64,000 bases of DNA from Verrucomicrobiota bacterium. Lineage in GTDB: Bacteria > Verrucomicrobiota > Verrucomicrobiia > Verrucomicrobiales > DEV007. The position numbers and the translations under genes were made by a program. This document shows positions 31,388 through 41,079 of this stretch, one piece after another (position 1 is the first letter of the stretch; the number at the start of each line of letters is the position of its first letter). Under the pieces are notes generated by a model. The model made no database searches. It was given only the letters and a program-made list of their open reading frames with translations, and was not told where the DNA came from. The stretch spans positions 1-64,000 of the forward strand of contig JASFYY010000095.1 of the NCBI GenBank assembly GCA_045046875.1, in the 5' to 3' direction.

Positions 31388-32158
31388 TCAGGCTTTCGGT
31401 TTTTTAACTTTAGGTTTTTTTACCTGGACCGGCTCAAAAGCAGGAAAGCCTGTTCTACGTTTTTCCCAGCCTGCTTGTTTTTCCTTTTTTACCGTCCAAA
31501 TGGTCATGTTATCCAATTCAACCTTGCCCTTTCTCGGATCTGCAATTCCAAAGCCATTTCCTCCGCTCTTGGTTTCAGTCTTAAATGAATCCCTCTTGGC
31601 GTAGAGGGTCGGGCCGTCCGCGATCTGAAAAACAAACTCACCGTTCTGCATTTCTGCCAGTGCGTGATACCACTTTCCCGACTCCCAAACGAAATCCTTG
31701 GCTTCGGCCAGTTTCATCACTTCATGATCACTCAACAAGCTGGCGCCATTTTTGCTGAATCGCACCCGGCACACGTGATGGCCAAATTCTATAAACGGCA
31801 CAATCGAATTTTCCTTACCTTCGATAAAGCGGAATGAAAACTCTGCGACAAATTCCGCTGGTGTCACCGGAATGCTGATACGCGCCTCATAACCAAAGTG
31901 ATCTTTTTTCCTGGCCTGGTATTCAGCTGAAGATTGCTGTCCCTGCAATACTCCATCAGCGATTTGCCAGCGGGTTCCCTGGCGAGCCTGCCACACCCCT
32001 TTTTTCAACTCATGCTGCTTGGAAAAATCATCCTGCAATACCGCCTGATCCGGAACCGCCATCAAAGGCTTCAATTTCAAAGGAGGCTCTGCCCTTAGTG
32101 ATTGAGCCGTCAGGACAGTGAAAATGGCTAACAATGAGGCTGTTGATTTTATTTGCAT
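31388..32158 (-). CDS. Secreted hypothetical protein, concanavalin-A/DUF1080-like fold
   Basis: Signal peptide; DDF-W-WQIADGVL-G, GHHVCRV, WYH, LDNMTIW. Confidence 0.65.
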   Translation of the reverse strand: MQIKSTASLLAIFTVLTAQSLRAEPPLKLKPLMAVPDQAVLQDDFSKQHELKKGVWQARQGTRWQIADGVLQGQQSSAEYQARKKDHFGYEARISIPVTPAEFVAEFSFRFIEGKENSIVPFIEFGHHVCRVRFSKNGASLLSDHEVMKLAEAKDFVWESGKWYHALAEMQNGEFVFQIADGPTLYAKRDSFKTETKSGGNGFGIADPRKGKVELDNMTIWTVKKEKQAGWEKRRTGFPAFEPVQVKKPKVKKPKA

Positions 32159-32262
32159 AGGAGTGGAGTTCGTAAAAACAGATTCAGACCCAAGCTAATG
32201 ATTCACCCACTCTTTGCAATGACGTGATCGCGTGCGAGTTCAGACTCTTAAGGCCACGGTTC

Positions 32263-32937
32263 CTATATATACGCCAGAACCTCTTCGCGTTTGTTCAACT
32301 GAAACCGCACCATGGTTGCCGCGCCCTCACCGTCACCGGCTTCCAATAACTTCAGCAACTCGGCATGTGAACGCAGCGCTTCATTGATCACTTCAGGATT
32401 TAAAATGTCGGGGTTCTCCCTCTGTGCCTGAAAACAAAGATTGATCAAACTGAGATCATTCATGATTTTTTCCAACCAGACATTGCGCGAAGCTTTTATC
32501 AGAATCTCGTGAAACTGCTCGTCATGACGCAACCAACGCCCCATCTGTTCCGCACTCGCCTTGCCATCGTTGGTCAGAATTTCCTCTCCCGTCGTCGCCC
32601 ATGAGCGCATGACGATCCACAAATCGGCGAGTTCATAATCAGTGATATGCCTCGCCGCCTGCGCCGCCGCATAAGGTTCAAACAATTCCCTCACGTCATA
32701 TAGCTGGGCCAATTCCTGGCGACCGATTTTCCTCACAAAAGCACCCGCACCCGGCACCTGCTCCACCACCCCTTCACTGCTCAAACGCTTGATCGCCTCA
32801 CGCACCGGAATAAAACTCATGCCCATCTCGCTTGCCAAAGTGCGATTAACCAGGCGATCCCCAGCTTGAAGCTCACCGCTGAACACCTTTTGCCTCAAAT
32901 TCTGGTAAGCTTTTTCACTGAGTGTGGTTTCAGACAT
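32263..32937 (-). CDS. GntR family (FCD-type) transcriptional regulator
   Basis: N-terminal wHTH GDRL-LA-MGMS-PVREA; LYDVRELFE, DEQFH. Confidence 0.92.
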   Translation of the reverse strand: MSETTLSEKAYQNLRQKVFSGELQAGDRLVNRTLASEMGMSFIPVREAIKRLSSEGVVEQVPGAGAFVRKIGRQELAQLYDVRELFEPYAAAQAARHITDYELADLWIVMRSWATTGEEILTNDGKASAEQMGRWLRHDEQFHEILIKASRNVWLEKIMNDLSLINLCFQAQRENPDILNPEVINEALRSHAELLKLLEAGDGEGAATMVRFQLNKREEVLAYI

Positions 32938-32996
32938 GGATGACTAGTGGGACTACAGTTTATTTCCGCTTTACTCAGCAAGAGCTCATGTTATTC

Positions 32997-33105
32997 TATG
33001 TTATAACACTTTAATCCTCCGCTGGCATCATGTCACGCACAAATATCATAAAACCCTCAACCCCTTATTCATCAATGAAAATACGACTCTCTTATGTTAT
33101 AACAT
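32997..33105. promoter_or_regulatory. Two copies of palindrome TATGTTATAACA, putative GntR operators
   Basis: Copies at 32997-33008 (between divergent GntR and sialidase) and 33093-33104 (inside the sialidase 5' end). Confidence 0.6.
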
Positions 33106-34670
33106 GTGCGTTTTCCCTATTGGCACTGATCTGTTCTCCTAGCGTATTCTCCGCTGACAGCTATGAGAAGCTCGATCACAGAACTCCTATATTAAACGAC
33201 GGATCCGAGGCGAATTATCAAAAATTCACCCTGAGCATCGACCAGGCAAAAACCCTGACCGCCATCAGCTTCGATACCACGGGCACAACGGAGCTAGAGG
33301 ATGTGCTTGAGATTGGCGTGAAACACTTGCATCAGGCAGGAAACCGTGAATTTGGCAAAACCCGGCAAATGGGCAAAAATATCAAACTGGCAGGCAAACT
33401 GGCGTTCCCCAAAGGGAAACATGCCTGCCAAGTGCTCATACGAACCAAAAAGGGCGCCAACCTCCTTCATCACGTGGCTTTGCAAATCACCGCCTTTCAC
33501 TTCGCCGACGGCAGCCAGTTAGAAGTTCCACTGCAAGCGAATTACCAAGGGCAATACCTCGCTTACCCCATCCACCGTCAGGGTGAGTTTGACTGCCATA
33601 CTTTCCGCATCCCCGGAATCAATCAGGCCAATAACGGTGATTTGCTGGCCGTTTACGATCTGCGCTACAACAGTCGCAAGGATCTGCAGGAGGACATCGA
33701 CATCGGTTTGTCTGTTTCCAAGGACGGTGGTCAAACCTGGACCGATCCACGACCGATCATGGACATGGGGGAATACGGCGGCAAATCCCAGAAAGAAAAC
33801 GGTTGCTCTGATCCCGGCATACTGGTGGACAAAGCTACCGGAGAGATCTTTGTCGCAGCGGTCTGGACTCATGGCAAACCCAATACCCACCAATGGGTGG
33901 CAAAAGGTTCCGAGCCGGGATACGGCATCCATCAATCGTCTCAATTCATGGTGGTGCGCTCAAAAGATCACGGCCTCACCTGGAGCGAACCGGAGAACTG
34001 GACCAAAAAGCTCAAACAGGAATCCTGGCATCTCTTCGCCCCGGCACCAGGCAATGGCATCACCCTGAAAGACGGCACTCTGGTGATGCCCTCCCAAGGC
34101 CGGGACGCCAAAGGTTTCCCTTTTTCCAACATCACCTGGAGCAATGATCATGGCCTTACCTGGCAGGTATCAGCACCCGCTACCGATGACACTTCCGAAT
34201 GCGCGGTCGCCGAACTATCCGACGGCTCGCTGATGCTCAACGTTCGTGACAATCGCAATCGTAAAGACAAAAGCGACAGCAATGGGCGAGCTGTGAGAGT
34301 CAGCCGGGACCTTGGCAAAAGCTGGGAAAAACACAGCAGCGACCACGGCGCCCTGCCGGAACCCACTTGCATGGCGAGTTTGATCAGCCATGCAAACAAC
34401 CCGGGTCAGCTTTTTTTCTCCAATCCGCGCAATAAAAAAAGCCGCATGGACATGACCATTCAGATGAGCCTGGATGACGGAAAGAACTGGCCGGAAAAAT
34501 ACCACATCCTCTTGGACAGTGGCAGAGGCAACGGCTATTCCAGCTTGGTCATAATCGATGACAAGACCATCGGAATCCTCTACGAATCTTCAGTAGCCGA
34601 CCTGGTATTCCAGAAAATCCTCATCAAAGATTTTACTGACAATGACTGGCAAAAACTGCGGATCGACTGA
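33075..34670 (+). CDS. Sialidase/neuraminidase family (GH33) protein
   Basis: FRIP motif and five Asp-boxes SKDGGQTW, SKDHGLTW, SNDHGLTW, SRDLGKSW, SLDDGKNW; GYS, LYE. Confidence 0.92.
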   Translation: MKIRLSYVITCAFSLLALICSPSVFSADSYEKLDHRTPILNDGSEANYQKFTLSIDQAKTLTAISFDTTGTTELEDVLEIGVKHLHQAGNREFGKTRQMGKNIKLAGKLAFPKGKHACQVLIRTKKGANLLHHVALQITAFHFADGSQLEVPLQANYQGQYLAYPIHRQGEFDCHTFRIPGINQANNGDLLAVYDLRYNSRKDLQEDIDIGLSVSKDGGQTWTDPRPIMDMGEYGGKSQKENGCSDPGILVDKATGEIFVAAVWTHGKPNTHQWVAKGSEPGYGIHQSSQFMVVRSKDHGLTWSEPENWTKKLKQESWHLFAPAPGNGITLKDGTLVMPSQGRDAKGFPFSNITWSNDHGLTWQVSAPATDDTSECAVAELSDGSLMLNVRDNRNRKDKSDSNGRAVRVSRDLGKSWEKHSSDHGALPEPTCMASLISHANNPGQLFFSNPRNKKSRMDMTIQMSLDDGKNWPEKYHILLDSGRGNGYSSLVIIDDKTIGILYESSVADLVFQKILIKDFTDNDWQKLRID

Positions 34671-34843
34671 ATGACAAGGCCCTGCCACCTCCAACCCACG
34701 CAATGCCATTACGTGCCACACATCACACGCTCCACATCGTGACATGGATTGCTCGGCGCGCCGTAGCCCATAGGGCGAAGGCGGGGCAATTTACCTTCGG
34801 ATAATTTCCTCCAGCTGCCTTCCCCGCATTCGCGGGTTCGGCT

Positions 34844-34932
34844 GTTTTTCTCGTTTCGGTATCGCTTTTGCTCTCAAATTTTGCGCACATCATTCCAACA
34901 GCATTTACCCAGAACGTGTCCGGCGTTCTGAA
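34844..34932 (-). repeat. Inverted partial copy of the 28330 element
   Basis: Reverse complement TTCAGAACGCCGGACACGTTCTGGGTAAATGCTGTTGGAATG...AAAAGCGATACCGAAACGAGAAAAAC aligns to 28330-28424 with one 6-nt indel. Confidence 0.8.
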
Positions 34933-34991
34933 ATCACCTCTCCCCCAAACCTCTTCAATAGCGCAATCGCAGCGTTTCATCCACGGCCCTG

Positions 34992-36464
34992 TCACAATAC
35001 CGGACTGGTGAGGCGAAAGGTGTTCTCAAGAAAACGCTGCCAATCCGAACGTTTGGCCCATTCTTCCGCGATCAGAAGATCCGAGTCATCGATGTAAGAT
35101 TGCTGCAATTTTTGCAGATGCTCGCCAAACTCCCGACCATACACAAAAGCCGCTACCTCATAGTTGATCCACAGGGATCGCATATCCAGATTAACGGTGC
35201 CAAACATCGAAATGCGACGGTCGGCAGTGATCGATTTGGTGTGCAACAAACCTTTGCGATAAAGATAGATTTTCACCCCGCAATCCATCAGCTCATCGTA
35301 AAACGACCGACTGGCATAACGTGTGAGCAAAGAATCCACCTTTTCAGGAACGATCATCGAAACTGCCACCCCACGGGCAGCGGCGCCGCGCATCGCCCGC
35401 AACAATGAATCATCGGGAACAAAATAGGGAGTTGTTAAAATCAATTCCTCACGTGCTGCCCCGATCGTTGCCAGCAACATCTGCAACAAACCGTCGTCGG
35501 TTTGCCCCGGCCCCGAAGGCACGATTTGAGCATCGCCGTCTCCTCCTTTGGCCGGAGTAACTCCTATATTAGCCCCAACAGCGATTTCCTCCACACTTTC
35601 CCCCGTCTCCAATGTCCAGTCTCCTATCATGGTCAAAGCCAGAGGAGTGACAATCGCACCCTCGACCCGTACCATGGCATCTACCCACTCCCCCACATTG
35701 GCGTCCTGTTTAAAATAACGCGGATCAACCATGTTCATGCTTCCAGTCCAAGCGATTTCACCATCAATGATGACGATTTTCCGGTGCAGGCGCACATCGT
35801 TGCGACCGAAGATCGTGCGAAAAATCCCTACCGGTAAAGCCGCTTGCAAATAAACCCCCGCTTCACGCAAACGTCCCGGTTGCTCACTTTTTTTCCACCA
35901 GGCCGATGCCCCAAGCTCGTCAATCAGCAAGCGGCACACCACTCCCCGCCTTGCTGCGCGAATCACCGCATCGAGCACCTCATCAGCAAGCCCACCCTCA
36001 TTCCAAATGTAGAACTCCATCAATACGCTGTAACGAGCTGCATCCACATCACCCGCAATCACCTGCAAACTCAACTCAGTCTCGGAAAACAACCTTCCCG
36101 TGCTGCCACTGACCGTGGGCAAACCTACCAAACGCCTCCCCAACTGATCCATCTCCTCTGCTTCCTGCGGATGGCGGTCCCAGTCCACCTCGCTCAGCTT
36201 TTCCTTGCTCAGCACCGCGACCAAATCAGCATAAGATTCACGCAATCGAGCCAATCGTTGTTTCCTTTCAGGTGGAATCCGTTTTTCGCCAACCAAAAGG
36301 TAAGCGATGGATCCCGCAAGAGGAACAGCCGCAATAAAAAACAACCAAGCCAAGGCCACTCCGGTAGCAGGCCGTTGCATGATCACCCGGATACTAAAAC
36401 CCACCACCACAAGCAAATGCAGCAGAATTAACAAGCTGGAGGGATGGGGCAACAGATTCATCAT
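34992..36464 (-). CDS. cls: Cardiolipin synthase
   Basis: Two N-terminal TM helices; two PLD motifs HRKIVIIDG and HTKSITAD; TPYFVP, NLDMRS. Confidence 0.92.
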   Translation of the reverse strand: MMNLLPHPSSLLILLHLLVVVGFSIRVIMQRPATGVALAWLFFIAAVPLAGSIAYLLVGEKRIPPERKQRLARLRESYADLVAVLSKEKLSEVDWDRHPQEAEEMDQLGRRLVGLPTVSGSTGRLFSETELSLQVIAGDVDAARYSVLMEFYIWNEGGLADEVLDAVIRAARRGVVCRLLIDELGASAWWKKSEQPGRLREAGVYLQAALPVGIFRTIFGRNDVRLHRKIVIIDGEIAWTGSMNMVDPRYFKQDANVGEWVDAMVRVEGAIVTPLALTMIGDWTLETGESVEEIAVGANIGVTPAKGGDGDAQIVPSGPGQTDDGLLQMLLATIGAAREELILTTPYFVPDDSLLRAMRGAAARGVAVSMIVPEKVDSLLTRYASRSFYDELMDCGVKIYLYRKGLLHTKSITADRRISMFGTVNLDMRSLWINYEVAAFVYGREFGEHLQKLQQSYIDDSDLLIAEEWAKRSDWQRFLENTFRLTSPVL

Positions 36465-36539
36465 CAATACGAAGAGGTCTAGTAACTAAATTGCCTGATC
36501 TCAAATTATGACACCTCTCACGTGAGACAAACTAAACGG

Positions 36540-36817
36540 CCCTTGGTGCAAGCAAAGCGTTTTTTCCACAGTGACGCTAAATCACAAACTTAGAAACTTG
36601 CATCAGACCTAGCACAAATAATCACTACAAAGGTCCCAAGTATAACGCCGAAGGATCCTATGACATCTATTCCTCACCTGAAGCACCTCAAGGATTCGAA
36701 AAAAATGGCTGGAAAATATCCCGGGGAAAGCTGGTTTATTATTCTATGGACGTATGGCCGCTTAAACCCTGAATCGAAAAATCCTGGCGACCGAGTGAGG
36801 GTGAACTGGTAAAATGA
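36540..36817 (+). pseudogene. Degraded 3' remnant of a DUF1254/DUF1214 gene
   Basis: Correcting three 1-nt frameshifts gives KYNAEGSYDIYSSPEAPQGFEK-WLENIPGK-WFIILWTYG-PLKP*IEKSWRPSEGELVK*, matching the DUF1214 C-terminus. Confidence 0.7.
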
Positions 36818-36852
36818 CTTTCCCACCAAGGTCGAGTTCTATCAGTGACAAA

Positions 36853-36888
36853 GCTCCGGTTTCTGTAAAAGGAACTCGGAGATTTTTT
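36853..36888 (+). terminator. Possible intrinsic terminator
   Basis: CTCCGGTTTC...GGAACTCGGAG imperfect stem followed by ATTTTT. Confidence 0.4.
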
Positions 36889-36923
36889 ATACCGCCAGAT
36901 GAACCGTCATACTTATAAGTTAG

Positions 36924-37508
36924 TCAAATTCCAAGCGAATCAAGCAAACATTTGGCTTGTTTTAACAGCTGATTTGTCGATTTATGGGTCTTGCTGACTT
37001 TATTGATTCCCTGAATAAAGGTAATCAAAAGAGCAGCTACCGTTGCCGGATTCAAGCTCTGGGCAACCTGGCCTTTCTGTCGAGCTTCCAACAACTTATC
37101 TCTGAATACCCTCTCCAACTTCTCAAGTTCGCCCAATATATAAGACTCGAGCTCACCTTCAGCCAATACTTCGCTGCACAGACTGTTTGTCAACAAACAC
37201 CCTTGCGGGACATTCTTGCTACCTACACTTTTAATCATTATACGAAAAAAATCATTTATGGCTTGTGGGATGTCAGGGTTTTTAAAAAGAACTTCCACCC
37301 GTTTTGCTGTCACTTTTTCACTATAATACTTCAAACAACTCTGATACAAACAGCGCTTGCTCTTGAATTTGTTATAAAAAGATCCCTGCCCTATTTGCAT
37401 TTCTTTCAATAACTGGTCCATCGAGGTGTTTTCGAAACCTTGCTGCCAGAACAATCGCATCGCAGCTTCAGTTGCCTCATTAAGATCAAATTCTATTTTC
37501 CGTGACAT
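36924..37508 (-). CDS. TetR/AcrR family transcriptional regulator
   Basis: AMRLFWQQGFENTSMDQL-IGQGSFYNKFKSK HTH; GCLLTNS. Confidence 0.92.
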   Translation of the reverse strand: MSRKIEFDLNEATEAAMRLFWQQGFENTSMDQLLKEMQIGQGSFYNKFKSKRCLYQSCLKYYSEKVTAKRVEVLFKNPDIPQAINDFFRIMIKSVGSKNVPQGCLLTNSLCSEVLAEGELESYILGELEKLERVFRDKLLEARQKGQVAQSLNPATVAALLITFIQGINKVSKTHKSTNQLLKQAKCLLDSLGI

Positions 37509-37535
37509 GACTCTGTAGCGTGATTCAAAAAAGCA

Positions 37536-37633
37536 AACTGTCAAACATTTTGTAATAACTGATACAAAACGTTTGACAGTTCCGACAACCTATCTAATTG
37601 TATTGATCGTTACAGTATATTTCCTGTAACGAT
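37536..37633. promoter_or_regulatory. Mirror-symmetric divergent promoter with putative TetR operators
   Basis: 18/19-bp IR at 37536-37581 with TTGACA on both strands and a TGTA-N8-TACA core; second TGTA-N8-TACA at 37599-37614; 10-bp IR 37606-37615/37624-37633. Confidence 0.65.
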
Positions 37634-37655
37634 GAACGTTAAAATATAAAATATT

Positions 37656-37949
37656 ATGTCACAACTCTACTTAATGGTATCAGGGAATGTAAAAAATCCG
37701 GAACTGCTAGCAGCTTATCAAGAAAAAGCCGGCCCGATTATGAAAAAACATGGTGCTCTCTTACCTGCCGAAAAATTCAGCGTATCTCAGGTTCTAGCAG
37801 GCGATCACCAACCAACGTTTTTCCTACGTATTGCTTTTAATGAAATCAAAGATATCACTTCGGCATTTTCGGATCCTGACTACACGGATATTATTCCTCT
37901 ACGCGATGGAGCTATTGGGGATTTATCCATATTCATCTCGTCAGCTTAA
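37656..37949 (+). CDS. DUF1330 domain protein
   Basis: 97 aa; Y-EKAGPI-KKHGA, I-F, F-DPDY-IIPLR pattern. Confidence 0.8.
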   Translation: MSQLYLMVSGNVKNPELLAAYQEKAGPIMKKHGALLPAEKFSVSQVLAGDHQPTFFLRIAFNEIKDITSAFSDPDYTDIIPLRDGAIGDLSIFISSA

Positions 37950-37995
37950 GGAGCACGAGAAATCAAAAACTCTAAAAAATACACTCCAATAATAA

Positions 37996-38032
37996 TGACG
38001 CCCTCTGGCAGAGGCTATGCCAGAGGGCGTCA
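37996..38032. repeat. Perfect 15-bp hairpin (terminator or REP-like)
   Basis: TGACGCCCTCTGGCA gaggcta TGCCAGAGGGCGTCA; no U-tract. Confidence 0.75.
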
Positions 38033-38221
38033 CCTTAGGCAAATATGCCACCCTTTTCGACATCACTTCACTTCTGACATCTTTGTAATACAGGCACTCC
38101 AAACATAGATGACCGACATGCCCCCTCGGAGAAAAGTGCCCCTGGTTGCTTGAAAAGACTTTGCCTTCATAGATCCTCGACCTTACTTTCGGCGACTTCT
38201 ACAAATCCCCCTGAGTAAACT

Positions 38222-38830
38222 ATGAAAACTGAACTCCTCGTAATCATGTTCATGCAACTCTCTTTCCAGAGCGCTCCATCGGCAGAGGAAAACCGAAGTT
38301 TGCCCTTTGATCGAGCGCGCATCAACCGTTACAGCCTCGATGGATTGCCACGTTCAATTTCGATTCGGCAGGGACAGGACATTTGGCTAGGTTATGATCT
38401 TGAACGGGCGACACTGCAAAAGGTGTGGCGTGCCCCCTCTGGCAAACCGGGATTGAGTGAGGGATTCACAACACGATCGCTTGGAACCACATTATTTGAA
38501 GACAAAACGGATGATGCCTGGAAACTGCAAACTAGAAAGCAGACTTTGCCTTTGAAGATCCGTTATCTCGGCTGCAGTCAGCGTGAAAAGTATTTTGAAT
38601 TATCCTGGGAACTGCAGCACGAATCGCATAAGTTTGTTTTACTCGAACGCATTTCAATTTCGAAGGCGAGCGATGCTATCAAGGCCTCACGCATCCTGCG
38701 GGTGAAAGGTCTGAATTCTGGTGATTCTCTTCTGCTACCAAATTCTGCTGGGGAGGCATGGCACAGCTCCGAGAACAACTCGGCAAGATCTCTCACGGAT
38801 GAACAATGGCACCTAATTTACCTACCTTGA
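38222..38830 (+). CDS. Hypothetical secreted protein
   Basis: 202 aa ORF overlapping the next gene; LDGLPRSI, WLGYDLE motifs. Confidence 0.65.
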   Translation: MKTELLVIMFMQLSFQSAPSAEENRSLPFDRARINRYSLDGLPRSISIRQGQDIWLGYDLERATLQKVWRAPSGKPGLSEGFTTRSLGTTLFEDKTDDAWKLQTRKQTLPLKIRYLGCSQREKYFELSWELQHESHKFVLLERISISKASDAIKASRILRVKGLNSGDSLLLPNSAGEAWHSSENNSARSLTDEQWHLIYLP

Positions 38831-41079
38831 AAAAGACTCTGCTACTCTTTCTTTTCACCACGCTTGCTGCGACCTCTCCCTCGGTCGCAGCACCATCCCC
38901 ATCCGCCCTCTCATCTCGCACGCTGTATCTGCCCGCGAAAGCAATTTTTTCTCCCGGTGCCAATAAGTGGAACGGAGATATTTTAGAAATCACCAGAGGC
39001 CGCGGGGCAAAGCTCGGTTGGTATATTACAGCGCAGCGGGCGGAGGATGTCACTGTGAGTATTGAATACACCAGTGCAGAACCGATCAATCAAGAATACC
39101 AAATCTCCTTCGATGGGCAAAACCGATTCTGGGAAGTTCCTACAACCACTGGAGAAAATTGGAACCGGGTAAAATTGGGCGTCTTTCGTGTGCGACCCGG
39201 CTTGCCGATGTTGGTGTTATTAGTTCCCCCATCAAATAAAAAATACAAAAACCCGATCCGCTTTCGTCGCTTGATCCTGGAAAGTGAAACAACCGAAAAT
39301 CTTGCAGCGGCAAAACCCATCGAGGCTCCGGCACTTCCAGATGCAAGCCCAGGATTTGGCAGCAAGCTGACCTCTCATCATCCAGCTCTCGCTGTCCGTG
39401 ATTTGCATAGAGGAGATTCCGTTTGGCGGGTCACAGGCATGGCGTTGCGCTCCCCAAGTGAACTGCTTTTCACGACTTGGGAAGGCGACCTCGTTTCTCT
39501 ATCCCTCGACGACCTTTCGAAACCAACCGTGTTTCGACGACTCGCACAAGGTCTGTCCGAGCCAATGGGATTAGCGATTTCCGACGGGCGCATCTTCGTG
39601 ACCGAGAAGAACCAGGTCACCGAATTGATAGATGAGGATGGCGACGGCGCATTCGAAACCTACCGCTGCCTTTCACACGACTGGCCGAGCTCGATCGACT
39701 ACCATGAATACCTTTTCGGCGCAGTGATTCGAGACTCGCGCATTTACTTCACCTCCAGTGTTGCGATGGCTATTCGCAACACCCACAACCGGCAAGAAGC
39801 TCTGCGCGGCAGCGGCATCAAGATCCACATCGACACGGGGGCGACGGAGATCATCGCCGGAGGATTGCGAACGCCCAATGGCATCGGCTTCGGTCCGGCA
39901 GACTCTATTTTAATCACCGATAATCAAGGTGAATGGCTTCCCGCGAATAAACTCATCCACCTCCAAGCCAAGGCCTTCTACCAGTTCCGCAGTCGTTCGC
40001 CCTGGCACCCCTATGACCGCCCCGAGGCCACTCCTCCTGCCGTCTGGTTGCCGCAGGGTGAAATCGCGATGTCGCCGACAGAACCTATTTTACTACCAGA
40101 AAGTTGGAAGCCCTACGCTGGGCAAGTTCTATTTGGCGACGCGACATTTGGTGGTCTTCAGCGGGTTTTTCTAGAGCAAATCGACGGCGTTATGCAGGGA
40201 GCGGCGTTTCCTTTTTCGCAGGGTTTCCGCCATCTCTTTAACCGGCTCGAGCTCGCCGATCACGGCGAATTGATCGCGGGCGGAATTGCACGCGGAAAAG
40301 ACAAAAAATTCATCGAGCACGTCAGCGGCCTGACGCAAATCCATTATACGGGTAAAGAAGTGTTCGAACCCCTCGCCGCCCGCCTCCGCTCCAACGGGAT
40401 TGAGATCGAATTCACCCAGCCCCTGGCCAAAAACACGGGTTGGAATCCTGCTGGATACTACGCCACTCAATGGGCTTATCAGGCCACTCAAAACTACGGT
40501 GGTCAAAAGGTTCGCCATCGACGATCGGAAGTTCGATCCGCAACCGTCTCAGCCGATCGCCGCCGCGTATTTCTCGAACTGCCCGATCTAAGCACAAAAG
40601 AAGTTCTGCGCATACGCATGCCTCAGTCATTGACTGCCGCCAATGGCCAATCCCTGTGGGCGGGAGAACTTTGGTACACCGTCAATCGCATCCCGAAAAA
40701 TCTACCCGGCATCATCCGCACGGCTCCGGAAGAGGCATTGACGACCAACGAGCCCTTCTTCCGCTTTTCAGCCGGGGGCGCGGATAGGGCACTGTATCAA
40801 AACTACTGTGCCGCCTGTCACAGTCTCGACGGAAGCAAACGGGTCGGCCCCAGTTTCCATAAATTGGCAGGAACAAAACTGAATGTAATCGACTCGGAGA
40901 CAGGGGAAAAACGCAAAGTCACGGCTGACGCTACCTATCTTCGCCAATCCATCCTCGAACCCGACGCGCTCATCGTCGATGGTTACCAAAATATCATGCC
41001 GCCCTTCGGCGGACTGCTGAGCGAATCCCAAATCAAGGGACTCGTGGAATACATTACCAAAGCCTCAAATCCAAAATGA
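38806..41079 (+). CDS. Beta-propeller (sorbosone-dehydrogenase-like) protein with C-terminal cytochrome c
   Basis: GLSEPMGL, DEDGDG, YHEY-FG, GLRTPNG, TDNQGEW; C-terminal CAACHS-DG-VGPSF-YLRQSI-P-MP; true start may be TTG 38827. Confidence 0.82.
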   Translation: MAPNLPTLKKTLLLFLFTTLAATSPSVAAPSPSALSSRTLYLPAKAIFSPGANKWNGDILEITRGRGAKLGWYITAQRAEDVTVSIEYTSAEPINQEYQISFDGQNRFWEVPTTTGENWNRVKLGVFRVRPGLPMLVLLVPPSNKKYKNPIRFRRLILESETTENLAAAKPIEAPALPDASPGFGSKLTSHHPALAVRDLHRGDSVWRVTGMALRSPSELLFTTWEGDLVSLSLDDLSKPTVFRRLAQGLSEPMGLAISDGRIFVTEKNQVTELIDEDGDGAFETYRCLSHDWPSSIDYHEYLFGAVIRDSRIYFTSSVAMAIRNTHNRQEALRGSGIKIHIDTGATEIIAGGLRTPNGIGFGPADSILITDNQGEWLPANKLIHLQAKAFYQFRSRSPWHPYDRPEATPPAVWLPQGEIAMSPTEPILLPESWKPYAGQVLFGDATFGGLQRVFLEQIDGVMQGAAFPFSQGFRHLFNRLELADHGELIAGGIARGKDKKFIEHVSGLTQIHYTGKEVFEPLAARLRSNGIEIEFTQPLAKNTGWNPAGYYATQWAYQATQNYGGQKVRHRRSEVRSATVSADRRRVFLELPDLSTKEVLRIRMPQSLTAANGQSLWAGELWYTVNRIPKNLPGIIRTAPEEALTTNEPFFRFSAGGADRALYQNYCAACHSLDGSKRVGPSFHKLAGTKLNVIDSETGEKRKVTADATYLRQSILEPDALIVDGYQNIMPPFGGLLSESQIKGLVEYITKASNPK

